From Candidatus Saccharimonadota bacterium (GTDB taxonomy: Bacteria > Patescibacteriota > Gracilibacteria > UBA1369 > 2-02-FULL-48-14), in NCBI GenBank assembly GCA_016699145.1, contig CP064962.1, positions 240,001 to 272,000 of the forward strand: a stretch of 32,000 bases of DNA, written 5' to 3'. Shown here piece by piece: positions 14,750 to 24,448 of this stretch. A model generated the notes under the pieces. That model worked only from the letters and a program-made list of their open reading frames with translations. It had not been told where the DNA came from and did no database searches. The position numbers and the translations under genes are program-made. Every line of letters starts with the position of its first letter. Within the stretch, counting starts at the first letter, position 1.

Positions 14750-16528
14750 ATGTGCGGCATCTTCGCCTATCTCGGACCCAATGAAAAAGCAGCAGAAATT
14801 GTGCTCAAAGGATTAAAAAAACTGGAATACCGCGGTTACGACTCCTGGGGTATCGCTGCCCAAGTTGCAGGGGGTGACATTAAAATTGAAAAACATGTGG
14901 GGAAAATCTCTGAAGTCATCAATCTCAGCGAAAAACTGACTCAGCCCTCACACCTCGCCATGGGGCACTCCCGCTGGGCCACTCACGGAGGCGTCACGCA
15001 ATACAACGCCCACCCCCACACCACCGAAAACCAAGACATCGTGGTGGTGCACAACGGTATTTTTGAAAACTATTTGGAACTCAAAGAGGCGCTCATCGAA
15101 AAAGGTCATCAATTCCGCTCAGAAACCGACAGTGAAATTTTTGCCCATCTCATTGAAGAAGAAATCGCTTCTGGCTTCGAAACCGCCTTCAAAAAAGCCT
15201 GCGCCAAAGTCACCGGACGTTTCGCCATTTTGGCTCTCCACAAAGGAGAGGATAAGCTCATCGCCGCCCGCCGTGGCTCCCCACTCATCGTGGGCAAAGC
15301 CGATAATGGAGCGCTTTTCGTAGCCTCCGACGTGCCCGCCTTCTTGGAATACACCAAAAAAATCCAATACCTCGACGACAATCAAATGGTTGTGCTCGAC
15401 GCCGAAGGCACCCATTTTTATGATCTGGACAGCGACCGACTCATCCAAAAACGCCTCATTTCCATCGACTGGAAAGAAGAAGAAGCCGAAAAGGGAGACT
15501 ACCCCCACTTCATGATCAAAGAAATCATGGAGCAAAAAGAAACCTTAACCAGAGCCATCAATTCGGAACCCGCCTTGATCCAAAAAGCCGTAGAAATGAT
15601 CAAAAACGCTTACGGCACCACCCTCGTGGGCTGCGGCACCGCCGGAAAAGTAGCCATGATTGGCGAATATTTATTTGCCAACATTGCCAAACGCCATGTG
15701 AATGTGAAGTTCGGCTCCGAATTCAAAAGCGCCCGCCACTTCCTCACAGAACGTTCCCTGGTCATCGCCATTTCTCAATCGGGGGAAACCGCCGACACCC
15801 TCGAAGCGCTGGAAATCGCCAAAAGCAAAGGAGCCAAAATCATCTCGATTGTGAACGTAGAAACCTCCACCATGGCCCGCCTGTCGGACCTTGTGATCCC
15901 CTTAAAAGCAGGACCCGAAAAAGCCGTGGCTTCCACCAAAGCCACCACCTCTCAAATCGCCATTTTAACCTTATTGGCTTACGCCGTGGCCGGACGAGCG
16001 GACGAAGGCAAGCAACTGCTCATTGAAGCAGAAGCCAAACTCAATGATCTGCTCAACCCTCGTTATGAATGCCACATTGAATCGGTAGCCGATCAAATCA
16101 AGGATGCCAAAGACATCATGATCATTGGGCGCGACATGAATTTTCCCATCGCCCTTGAATCCGCCATCAAATTGCAGGAGGTGTCTTACATCCATGCCGA
16201 AGGTTTTGCCGGTGGCGAATTGAAACACGGCCCCATCGCCCTGATTTCAGAGGGCACACCCTGCATTGTGATCGCCCCCAACGACGAATATAAAAGTGAA
16301 ATCTTATCCAACGCCATGGAGTTGAAAGCGCGCGGCGCACTGCTCATTGGCATTTCGCCCGACAACGCCGAAATTTTCGACATCTGGATCAAAGTGCCTA
16401 GCGTCGGCAACGCCTCCCCCATTCTGGACTTGATTCCCATTCAAATTTTGGCGTATAAACTAGCCGTCGCGCGTCAAACCGACCCCGACATGCCTCGCAA
16501 CCTCGCGAAATCTGTTACTGTTAAATAA
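14750..16528 (+). CDS. glmS: Glutamine--fructose-6-phosphate aminotransferase.
   Basis: MCGIFAY N-terminal Cys nucleophile, HSRWATHG, two SIS domains (SQSGETADT), C-terminus DMPRNLAKSVTVK. Confidence 0.95.
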   Translation: MCGIFAYLGPNEKAAEIVLKGLKKLEYRGYDSWGIAAQVAGGDIKIEKHVGKISEVINLSEKLTQPSHLAMGHSRWATHGGVTQYNAHPHTTENQDIVVVHNGIFENYLELKEALIEKGHQFRSETDSEIFAHLIEEEIASGFETAFKKACAKVTGRFAILALHKGEDKLIAARRGSPLIVGKADNGALFVASDVPAFLEYTKKIQYLDDNQMVVLDAEGTHFYDLDSDRLIQKRLISIDWKEEEAEKGDYPHFMIKEIMEQKETLTRAINSEPALIQKAVEMIKNAYGTTLVGCGTAGKVAMIGEYLFANIAKRHVNVKFGSEFKSARHFLTERSLVIAISQSGETADTLEALEIAKSKGAKIISIVNVETSTMARLSDLVIPLKAGPEKAVASTKATTSQIAILTLLAYAVAGRADEGKQLLIEAEAKLNDLLNPRYECHIESVADQIKDAKDIMIIGRDMNFPIALESAIKLQEVSYIHAEGFAGGELKHGPIALISEGTPCIVIAPNDEYKSEILSNAMELKARGALLIGISPDNAEIFDIWIKVPSVGNASPILDLIPIQILAYKLAVARQTDPDMPRNLAKSVTVK

Positions 16529-16538
16529 CCCCTTTCTT

Positions 16539-16865
16539 ATGAGTCTCGAAAATGAAGCCGATATTGAAACCCCAAAAACCTTGGAAGCTGTTTTGACTCT
16601 GCTATCTACAGAAGACCGACAGAATGCCCTAAATGGTCTCGCTGAAGAGAAGCGTTTACAAAGAAAAAACACCGAAGGAAACTGGGTTTCAGTTGGCGTA
16701 GTAATAGCCAATGAAGAAGGCATAACAATTCTAGGGGAAAAGTCATCTGAAGAAGGAGTTGAGCAGCAGTCAGCTAAACCAGCTACGATCCAAGAGAAGA
16801 AGATAGATGTGAATATAAACCATATTCCATGGAATATGGTGAAAGAAAAGCTTCGCATTCTGTAG
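16539..16865 (+). CDS. Hypothetical acidic 108-aa protein.
   Basis: ORF track. Starts 10 nt after glmS and is followed by a strong terminator. No family recognised. Confidence 0.45.
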   Translation: MSLENEADIETPKTLEAVLTLLSTEDRQNALNGLAEEKRLQRKNTEGNWVSVGVVIANEEGITILGEKSSEEGVEQQSAKPATIQEKKIDVNINHIPWNMVKEKLRIL

Positions 16866-16887
16866 AGCTAAAAACACCGCCCATTTC

Positions 16888-16916
16888 AGCTCCCTTGCGT
16901 AAGGGGGCTTTTTTTG
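16888..16916 (+). terminator. Rho-independent terminator.
   Basis: agctccctt-gcgt-aagggggct gives a 9-bp stem (one G-U pair) and a 4-nt loop, followed by T7. Confidence 0.75.
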
Positions 16917-16953
16917 GTACAATAAAAGGATTTTAAAACATAAATAAAAACGT

Positions 16954-19900
16954 ATGGCGCATCCTTTACCTCTTAAAAAAAGCTTCGCAGCCCTATTCGG
17001 CTTCATGGTTCTTTTCACGACCGTCGGGCCTCGTGGACTGAGCCTCACCATTCCCACTGTGAAAGCAGCGACCTTCACGGTGAGCAACCTTGACGACGCA
17101 GGGGCAGGATCTTTACGCCAAGCCATCACAGACGCAAACGCCAGCCCTGGTGAAGACCTCATCAGTTTCAGCGTAGCCGGCAGCATCACCCTGCTTTCAG
17201 ACTTGCCCATCATCAGCGACTCGGTAACGGTCGATGCCACGACCACCGTTCAAGCTGGACCCAACATTGTCTTAAATGCCACAGGAAGAACTCAAGGACT
17301 CGGGGTTTCTGGAGGAACTTCCACACAAATCAAAGGGATAGGAGTCAGTGGAGGAGATAATTGCATCGGCGTCTACGGCGGCTCTGGCATTGAAATTGGA
17401 GAAGCCACGGCTGAAGGAGGAATAGAAGTGGACGGTTGCACCAACGGAATCCATCTTGGAAACGGCAGCGACATCACTATCATCAATACTTCTGTAGGAA
17501 CCAATACCGCAAACACCGGCAACGGAATCAATATGTCCAACCCCACCGACGTGGTGGTGGGAGGAACCAGCGAAAGTGAACGTGTGGTGGTTTCTGGCAA
17601 CGATCAAAATGGAATTTACATGGTGAACGCCGACAACGTGACCATTCGAGGAAGCTACATTGGACTCCATGAAGATGGGGTCACCGACCAAGGCAACGAT
17701 CAAATGGGAATTTACGTGGACACGGGTTGCACCGGCATTGTGATTGGAGAAGGCACGCTTTCAACACGAAACATCATTTCTGGGAACGGACAAGACGGAA
17801 TCAAAGTCGATTCCGATGGAACAATCATTCAAGGAAACTATATAGGTCTCAATGCAGCAGCCAGCGCGGTCGTACAAAACGGCGGCTCAGGAATTCTGCT
17901 CAGTTCTAACATCAATACCGTGGGTGGAAGCACCAACGGAGAAGGCAACGTGATTTCCGGCAACAACGAATCGGGAGTTTCGATTGAAGCCTCCGGCAGC
18001 ACCCTCATGGGCAACTGCATTGGAACCGACGGCAACTGCGACGAAGACGCCGCTTTCATCAACATGGATGATGCGATTTTGATCGAATCCACTGCCAGCG
18101 ACAACATTATAGGAGCGGATGGCGACAACGAAGCCAACACCCTCCACCAAAGAATGCCTGGAAATTTTGCCGTTCACGTTTTGAATACGGCTGGAGATGA
18201 CAATCGTTTCAGCAAAAACAACTACCTCGATCTGAGTGCCGGGGAAGCCTTCACCGAAGTTGCCGCACCTGCGAACAGCAACATTGAAGACCCTGTGCTC
18301 ACTTCTGTGATTCAAGATTCCAGCTCCACCGTTACGCTCACTGGAACCACCGGCAGTGGCTTCCGCGTGGATGTGTATGCCGATGGACTGTGGGTCGATA
18401 CGGGAACAGCCACAGGGGACGGTGCTTTTGACCTCACCGTGGACAGCACATCTGATCGCTTCACCGTTATAGCAACAAATACAACAGGAGGCTCTTCTGG
18501 AACCCCTGCCATTGTCACGGCAAGCCCCGATGTCACTGCCCCAGCTGCCCCCACCGCCAGTCCCAGTCAAAGCACGGCCCTGCCCGGCAGCATCGTGAGC
18601 ATTTCTGGAACTGGTGAAGAAGGGGCCAAAGTCTATTCCAATGGAGCAGACACCGAAGCAGCTGTGGATGAATTTGGCAATTTTGAATTCGACGTGACGG
18701 TTTTGGCTGGAAACAATTCTTTTGAAATAACCCTGGTGGACGGCATGGAAAACGTGTCTGAAGCCGTAACGGTCAGCATTTTGGGCCGAAGCAGCGGGGG
18801 CGCTGCCACCAGCGGCGGAGCTTCAAACGGAGGCAACTCTTCCAGTAATGAAGACGCCGAGGAACCCGAGGAATCCGAGGAACCCGAAACTGGAAACATC
18901 GTAGACCCCGACAGCCAAATCATCATCGATACCGATGGAGCTCCTGACAATTCCAGCAGCATGGCTGGGGATGAAGAAGTCGTGGAAGAAACAGAAGAAA
19001 ACCCTGCTTCTAACCCCGCCGAAGAAAATCCAATGAATTCGGAAACCCCCAGTGCTCAAACAGAAAGCTCCAAGCCCGTCAAAAACTTCATAGAAGAATT
19101 CTACTACGAAGTCGTTGAACCTGTTAAAATCAAAAACATCCGCGACAGCTTGCCTCAAGATCCGCTCATCGAAGCCGCTTTCACCGCTGAATTCGATCCT
19201 CTCAACTACTTGGAATGGGAATTGGCCAACAGGGGCCTCACGCTTGATCAAGTGAACCAAGATAACGACGGAGATGGACTCACCAACGGCGAAGAAATTC
19301 AATACGGAAGCAACCCCCTGGTCACCGACACCGATGAGGACGGGGAAGACGATATTCACGAAATCTTCGTGAAAGGAACCGATCCTGCGCATTACGATTC
19401 AGACCATGACGGATTGGCCGACACTCTCGACGCCGAACCTCAAAACTTCAACACTTTTGAAAACCGCGTGAGCGAGGAAGAAATCAGCGCTCATGTCACC
19501 GAAGAAGGAATCAGCACTCCCCTAGGGATGACCGACTCCGATGAAGACGGTTTAGCAGATTTGTTTGAACTCTACCTGAGCACCGATCCCTTGCAAAAAG
19601 ACAGCGACGACGACGGTCTGAGCGACGGAGACGAATGGACTCAATATGGAACCGATCCCAATAAAGCCACCAGTGCTTTCCAAGTGGGAGGACTGCGCAT
19701 CGTCAATGCTTTGAACAACGAAGTCATGGTGGAAGGACAACAGTTCTACATGGGACAAGGCCCAGCTGAAACCCAAATCACTTTCTTTGAAATGCTGAGT
19801 GGTGGAACTTTAGTGCCCCTTGGGGAAACCGAAACGGATGAAGCTGGTCGTTTCAACCTGCTCACCCAAGAAAAATTGAGCCCCGGAAAACACACTCTCA

Positions 19901-20379
19901 TTGCCCTTGCAGGCACTCAAGAACGCCCCTTGGACTTTTCAAACCCCTTCCATGTGGAAGTGGTGAAATACACGGGCAAACCCGACTACATCAGTTTGAA
20001 CCTTCAAAATGGATCCAATCTCACTGAACGTCGACCCACGCTCGATTTGCGAGCCACCGACAATTACATGATTGTGGTTTCATGGAGGAGCACCATCTAC
20101 AGTCAAGTTTTGATTGCAGACAGTGCGGATCAAACAGTCTACGCAAAGCCCATGGAGAACTTGGAATGGGGCGAACACACCGTCAGTTGGTATGCCGTTG
20201 ACCCCAGCGACAATCAAAAAAGCGAAGCCACACAATTGTCCTTCACAGTGACGAATGCCGCCTTCTTGAACGGAACCAATGGAGCTCAAATGGGCCTCAT
20301 TGTGCTCGGAAGTATTGCGGTGCTGGCCATCTTGAGTACCCTGGGCCTCTCCTTGCGAAAACCCAAAAAGAGGAATTAG
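16954..20379 (+). CDS. 1141-aa secreted surface protein: CSLREA-like/parallel beta-helix region, Ig-like domains, acidic linker, thrombospondin-type-3-like Ca-binding repeats, C-terminal TM anchor.
   Basis: Signal-like N-terminus. TFTVSNLDDAGAGSLRQAITDANASPGEDLISF, then periodic G-x-x-I-x-G-N repeats (17070-18250). Ig-like segments 18280-18790 and 19680-20250. DNDGDGLTNGEE...DTDEDGEDD...DSDHDGLADTLD...DSDEDGLADLFE...DSDDDGLSDGDE (19258-19670). MGLIVLGSIAVLAILSTLGLSLRKPKKRN. Confidence 0.75.
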   Translation: MAHPLPLKKSFAALFGFMVLFTTVGPRGLSLTIPTVKAATFTVSNLDDAGAGSLRQAITDANASPGEDLISFSVAGSITLLSDLPIISDSVTVDATTTVQAGPNIVLNATGRTQGLGVSGGTSTQIKGIGVSGGDNCIGVYGGSGIEIGEATAEGGIEVDGCTNGIHLGNGSDITIINTSVGTNTANTGNGINMSNPTDVVVGGTSESERVVVSGNDQNGIYMVNADNVTIRGSYIGLHEDGVTDQGNDQMGIYVDTGCTGIVIGEGTLSTRNIISGNGQDGIKVDSDGTIIQGNYIGLNAAASAVVQNGGSGILLSSNINTVGGSTNGEGNVISGNNESGVSIEASGSTLMGNCIGTDGNCDEDAAFINMDDAILIESTASDNIIGADGDNEANTLHQRMPGNFAVHVLNTAGDDNRFSKNNYLDLSAGEAFTEVAAPANSNIEDPVLTSVIQDSSSTVTLTGTTGSGFRVDVYADGLWVDTGTATGDGAFDLTVDSTSDRFTVIATNTTGGSSGTPAIVTASPDVTAPAAPTASPSQSTALPGSIVSISGTGEEGAKVYSNGADTEAAVDEFGNFEFDVTVLAGNNSFEITLVDGMENVSEAVTVSILGRSSGGAATSGGASNGGNSSSNEDAEEPEESEEPETGNIVDPDSQIIIDTDGAPDNSSSMAGDEEVVEETEENPASNPAEENPMNSETPSAQTESSKPVKNFIEEFYYEVVEPVKIKNIRDSLPQDPLIEAAFTAEFDPLNYLEWELANRGLTLDQVNQDNDGDGLTNGEEIQYGSNPLVTDTDEDGEDDIHEIFVKGTDPAHYDSDHDGLADTLDAEPQNFNTFENRVSEEEISAHVTEEGISTPLGMTDSDEDGLADLFELYLSTDPLQKDSDDDGLSDGDEWTQYGTDPNKATSAFQVGGLRIVNALNNEVMVEGQQFYMGQGPAETQITFFEMLSGGTLVPLGETETDEAGRFNLLTQEKLSPGKHTLIALAGTQERPLDFSNPFHVEVVKYTGKPDYISLNLQNGSNLTERRPTLDLRATDNYMIVVSWRSTIYSQVLIADSADQTVYAKPMENLEWGEHTVSWYAVDPSDNQKSEATQLSFTVTNAAFLNGTNGAQMGLIVLGSIAVLAILSTLGLSLRKPKKRN

Positions 20380-20394
20380 TGGTATATTGAATCC

Positions 20395-21819
20395 ATGCCG
20401 CTGCCAAAGACTAAAATCATCGCCACTTTAGGCCCTGCTTCAGAAAGCAAAGATCAAATCCGAGCTCTGATTCAGGCTGGAATGTCGATTGTGCGTTTGA
20501 ATTTTTCGCACGGCAACTATGAAGAGTTCAAAAGCATCGTAAAAAAGGTGCGTGAACTGGAAAAAGAATTGGGGAAAACCGTGCTCATTTTTCAAGATTT
20601 GCAGGGTCCCAAAATTCGGCTCGGCGTCTTGCCACCCGAAGGCATCGTCGTAAAAAAAGGCCAAGTGCTACATTTGGACACGCGCAGTAAAATCCATCAA
20701 GCTCAAAAGCCCCTGCCTCTGCCTTATGCCCCTTTGCCCAAAGTGCTCAAAGTGGGCCACCGTCTCTTCATTGAAGACGGACTCATCCGCACGGTGGTCA
20801 CTCGCATTCAAGGGCCTTTCCTAGAACTCAAAGTGGAAGTGGGTGGTCTCTTGAAAAGTCACAAAGGGGTCAACATTCCCGACTCCAAATTACCCAACGA
20901 ACTGGCCCTCACTGCCAAAGATAAAAAAGACCTGCATTTCGGAATAAAAACTCTAAAAGTCGACGCCGTCGCCCTCTCATTTGTGGAAGAAGCCGAAGAC
21001 GTGGAGCGCGTACGAAAAAAAGTGCAAAGCCTGAGCAAAAAGCCCACTTTTTTAATCGCAAAAATCGAAAGACCCAAAGCCCTGAAAAACCTGCATGAAC
21101 TGGTGAAAGCCGCTGACGCCGTCATGGTGGCTCGCGGTGATTTAGGCGTAGAAACCCCCGCCGAAGCAGTGCCGCTGTTGCAAAGACAAATCATCCAAGA
21201 ATGCCGCTCCGAAGGCAAGCCCGTCATTGTAGCGACTCAAATTTTGCAATCGATGGTTGAAAACGCCGTGGCCACTCGCGCCGAAATCAGCGATGCCGCC
21301 ACTGCTATTTTTGAGCAAACCGACGCCTTCATGCTGTCGAACGAAACCGCCACCGGGAAACATCCCATAGAAGCCGTGAAAACTTTATTTCGAGTGGCCA
21401 AAAGCACCGAAGCCGCCATTGAGAAAAAGCAAATATTGCTGCCTCAAGTGCAAGAATTCGGTGCTATGGGAGGAACTTTGGAAGACCACCGCATGGCCAA
21501 AGAAGCCTGGCGCCTCGCTGAAGACATTCAAGCCGACGCCCTGGTGATTGCGACCAAACAAGGCTACACCGCTCGAGCCGTTTTGCGTTACCGCCCCAAC
21601 TGCCCCATTGTCATTGTGAGCAATGAAGCCGCCCGCGCACGCCTCTTGCATTTTCATTGGGGAGTGAATGAAGTTCTCCTTATAAAAGGCCGCCTTCGTG
21701 CAGAAGAAGTGCGAGAAAAGTTGCGTAAACATCCTCATTTTCAAAGCAAAAAACGCCTGGTCTTTTTACGTTTAGGGAAAAGTAAACGCTCTCTTGTGGT
21801 GATGGAACTGGGCCGTTAA
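20395..21819 (+). CDS. pyk: Pyruvate kinase.
   Basis: KTKIIATLGPAS, IVRLNFSHG, LQGPKIR, MVARGDLGVE, VATQILQSM, MLSNETATGKHP. Confidence 0.95.
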   Translation: MPLPKTKIIATLGPASESKDQIRALIQAGMSIVRLNFSHGNYEEFKSIVKKVRELEKELGKTVLIFQDLQGPKIRLGVLPPEGIVVKKGQVLHLDTRSKIHQAQKPLPLPYAPLPKVLKVGHRLFIEDGLIRTVVTRIQGPFLELKVEVGGLLKSHKGVNIPDSKLPNELALTAKDKKDLHFGIKTLKVDAVALSFVEEAEDVERVRKKVQSLSKKPTFLIAKIERPKALKNLHELVKAADAVMVARGDLGVETPAEAVPLLQRQIIQECRSEGKPVIVATQILQSMVENAVATRAEISDAATAIFEQTDAFMLSNETATGKHPIEAVKTLFRVAKSTEAAIEKKQILLPQVQEFGAMGGTLEDHRMAKEAWRLAEDIQADALVIATKQGYTARAVLRYRPNCPIVIVSNEAARARLLHFHWGVNEVLLIKGRLRAEEVREKLRKHPHFQSKKRLVFLRLGKSKRSLVVMELGR

Positions 21820-21841
21820 GATGAAGGCCTAGCCCTTCTCC

Positions 21842-22320
21842 ATGCGCATCCTCGGTTTAGACCCCGGCCTCGCCACCATCGGCTACGCACTTTTAGACTG
21901 CCAAAAGGGCGGGAAAAAACTGCTCACTTGCGGAGTGATTCGCACGGCCGCTCACTCGAGTCTAGGGGCTCGCCTCAAAGAAATTCATCAAGATTTTGGC
22001 CAACTGCTCAAAGAATTGAAACCCGACCACTGTGCAGTTGAACAAATTTTTTTTCAAAGAACATCACCACCGGAATCAACGTGTCTCACGCTCGCGGCAT
22101 TTTACTTTTATGTTTGGAGGAATACGGCATCCCTTTGACTGAATTTTCGCCCAGCGCCATGAAGCGCGCCCTCACGGGTGACGGACGCGCCGACAAAAAA
22201 AACATCCAAAAAATGGTGATGCTCGAACTGGGGCTGCGCGCGGCTCCTCAGCCCGATGACGCCGCCGACGCCGTAAGCCTTGCCCTGACGCTCGCGGCTA
22301 CAGTAAGATGGGCCCAATGA
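21842..22320 (+). CDS. ruvC: Holliday junction resolvase RuvC, with its frame interrupted in the T8 run at 22047-22054.
   Basis: MRILGLDPGLATIGYALL...AVEQIFF, then (with one extra T) SKNITTGINVSHARGILLLCLEEYGIPLTEFSPSAMKRALTGDGRADKKNIQ...PQPDDAADAVSLAL. Confidence 0.85.
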
Positions 22321-23705
22321 ATCAACGCCTCTCTCAACTTGGAATCATTGGTTTTTCAGCGCTGCTCATGATGAGCGTTGGGCTCTTTGCCTTTCAAAGC
22401 CTAAACAAACTCAGCCAAAGCAGCATTTTAAACGCCGATGAAAAAGCCCCCACGAGTTTGTCTTACGAAACCCGTCTCCAAAAAGGAGACGAATGGTTCC
22501 AGGCCGGACACTACACCGAAGCCGCCTCCGAGTATGCTTACGCCATGCAACTGGAACCCGAACAAGCAGCCCCCTACCTCAAACTGAGCACCACCTACAC
22601 CGCATCAAACGACCCCACAAAAGCCGAAGAAAATGCAAAAAAAGCCTATGAATTAGAAGCCGTGCCACAGAATCTCGCGACTTATGCCCATGCTCTATTG
22701 AATTCCGGCAAAATCAACGAAGCCAAAGCGCTGCTCGAATCCTCCTCCACTCCAGATCAAAGCCTCGCCTACGTCAAAGGCCTTTTGGCTCTTGCGGAAG
22801 GGGCCGACGGAAAAGTTTTTTTTCAAGAGGCCCTACAGTTGAGTGGACCTGTGCTGCCCACTAAAATTCAAGGGTTTCTCAGTGCTTATGAAACGTATGA
22901 AAGCGCCCAAGGTGCAAGCCAGACTTATCTGAGTGCCCTCCTGAGCAAAGCTTTGCTGGATGCCAACGAACCCCGTTTAGCCCAAAACATGGCCCTGAGC
23001 ACTCTCAAAATTAAAAGTGATTACCGAGATCTTTGGATGATACTGGGCTATGCACAACTGGAATTGAATCAACTGGCCGAAGCCGAAGACTCCTTCAAAG
23101 CGGCTAAAAAAATCGACTCCATCAAACCGGAAGTGCATTATTTGCTGGGCAAAACTCACTACTTGCAAAAAGAGTACGACGACTGCATCAACGAAATGGA
23201 ATTGGCTTTGCTCTACAATTTTGAACCCGCCGCAGAAGCCTATAAAAAAATGGCCGAAAGTCACAGCGCCCTCGGGCAATACAACGAAGCCCTTTCCGCC
23301 TACGAAGCCATGATCAATGTCGACCCTCATTCCATCACCCTTTTTAAAGAACCCATACGCATCGCAACAGAAGAAGTCAAAGACTTGGACCGAGCTCAAA
23401 CCTTGGCTCAAAAAGGAACAAATCTCTTCCCCAGTGAAGCCCTTAGCCACAGTTTACTGGCCAGCGTTCATCTTAAAAAAGAAGAGTTGGAAGCAGCCGA
23501 AACTTCCATTCAAATGGCCTTCAAACAAAACGCCAAAGACCCAGAAGCGCATTTGATTGCGGGCCTCATCCGTGAAAAACAAGACAATATGGAAGGGGCA
23601 AAGTGGGAATACAAAAAAGCCTTCGAACTCAGTCAAGCTGGCGATCCCATCAACGTGAGCGCCGCTGAAAACTACAACCGTTTGATGACCCCCGTGAGTG
23701 AATGA
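22308..23705 (+). CDS. Membrane-anchored TPR-repeat protein.
   Basis: N-terminal TM LGIIGFSALLMMSVGLFAF, then repeated 34-aa A/Y/L patterns (GHYTEAASEYAYAMQLEPEQAAPY, GQYNEALSAYEAMINVDPHS and others). Confidence 0.7.
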   Translation: MGPMNQRLSQLGIIGFSALLMMSVGLFAFQSLNKLSQSSILNADEKAPTSLSYETRLQKGDEWFQAGHYTEAASEYAYAMQLEPEQAAPYLKLSTTYTASNDPTKAEENAKKAYELEAVPQNLATYAHALLNSGKINEAKALLESSSTPDQSLAYVKGLLALAEGADGKVFFQEALQLSGPVLPTKIQGFLSAYETYESAQGASQTYLSALLSKALLDANEPRLAQNMALSTLKIKSDYRDLWMILGYAQLELNQLAEAEDSFKAAKKIDSIKPEVHYLLGKTHYLQKEYDDCINEMELALLYNFEPAAEAYKKMAESHSALGQYNEALSAYEAMINVDPHSITLFKEPIRIATEEVKDLDRAQTLAQKGTNLFPSEALSHSLLASVHLKKEELEAAETSIQMAFKQNAKDPEAHLIAGLIREKQDNMEGAKWEYKKAFELSQAGDPINVSAAENYNRLMTPVSE

Positions 23706-24448
23706 GCTCTCTGCCTCTCAGCATTGCTTTCGGACTGATTTTTGGAAGTTTTTTGAGCCTGCTGATTCCACGCTTACACCAGGGCGAAAAGGGCATTGTT
23801 GCCGGACGCTCTCATTGCCCTGAGTGCAAACACCTACTCCGTGCCATCGATTTGTTGCCCTTGCTTTCTTACCTCTTTCAAAAAGGACGCTGTCGCTACT
23901 GCAAAAAAAAGATCTCTTTTTGGTACCCGATTACAGAGCTCGCCCTGCTGAGTTTCAGCATCGGCCTAGCCTTACTCTACCCCGAACCCAAATTTTACGC
24001 GCTGCATTTTCCTTTGCTCTTTGTTGCCGTTTTCATTTTTTTGTACGATTTACGTTACAAAGAAATTCACGAGGCGATTTTACTTCCCGGCATACTCTAT
24101 GCCGTGTTTTATGGACTCACTCAATACGGCTGGGAAAGCACTGGCCTGGGCCTCGCCATCGGCGGTCTCTTTTTTGGCCTTCAATTCGTGCTTTCACGCG
24201 GACGCTGGCTGGGCAGCGGAGACATTGAAATCGGCCTCTTCATGGGCGCCTTGCTCGGCTTTCCTCACATTTTGGTGGGAATTTTTTCGAGTTATCTTTT
24301 GGGCAGTTTCTTAAGTCTCATTCTGCTCGCCACTAAAAAAGCCAGCGGTCAAACCGCACTTCCCCTCGGCCCTTTCCTCATGTTGGGAACTGTGCTAAGT
24401 TTCGTTTGGGGTGAAAAACTTCTTTCCCTCTATTTCAGCGCACTATGA
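23702..24448 (+). CDS. pilD: Type IV prepilin peptidase (A24 family).
   Basis: CPECKHLL...CRYCKKKI zinc knuckle, multiple TMs, LYDLRYKEI and LGSGDIEIGLFMG aspartyl-protease motifs. ATGA overlap with the upstream gene. Confidence 0.85.
   Translation: MSSLPLSIAFGLIFGSFLSLLIPRLHQGEKGIVAGRSHCPECKHLLRAIDLLPLLSYLFQKGRCRYCKKKISFWYPITELALLSFSIGLALLYPEPKFYALHFPLLFVAVFIFLYDLRYKEIHEAILLPGILYAVFYGLTQYGWESTGLGLAIGGLFFGLQFVLSRGRWLGSGDIEIGLFMGALLGFPHILVGIFSSYLLGSFLSLILLATKKASGQTALPLGPFLMLGTVLSFVWGEKLLSLYFSAL

Noticed and set aside
16529-16953. Occupied attTn7-type site downstream of the resident glmS.
   Set aside because: It contains only a 108-aa ORF and a clean terminator. There are no repeats, no recombinase and no compositional break.
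16954-20379. Diversity-generating retroelement targeting the surface proteins.
   Set aside because: The window has no reverse transcriptase, no template/variable repeat pair noticed, and no C-type-lectin-like C-terminus.
11169-24448. Alternative genetic code (UGA recoded, as in some candidate phyla).
   Set aside because: TGA functions as a stop in three ATGA start/stop overlaps (11169-11172, 23702-23705, 24445-24448) and at the ruvC end (22318-22320). Conserved proteins align end-to-end without in-frame TGA.
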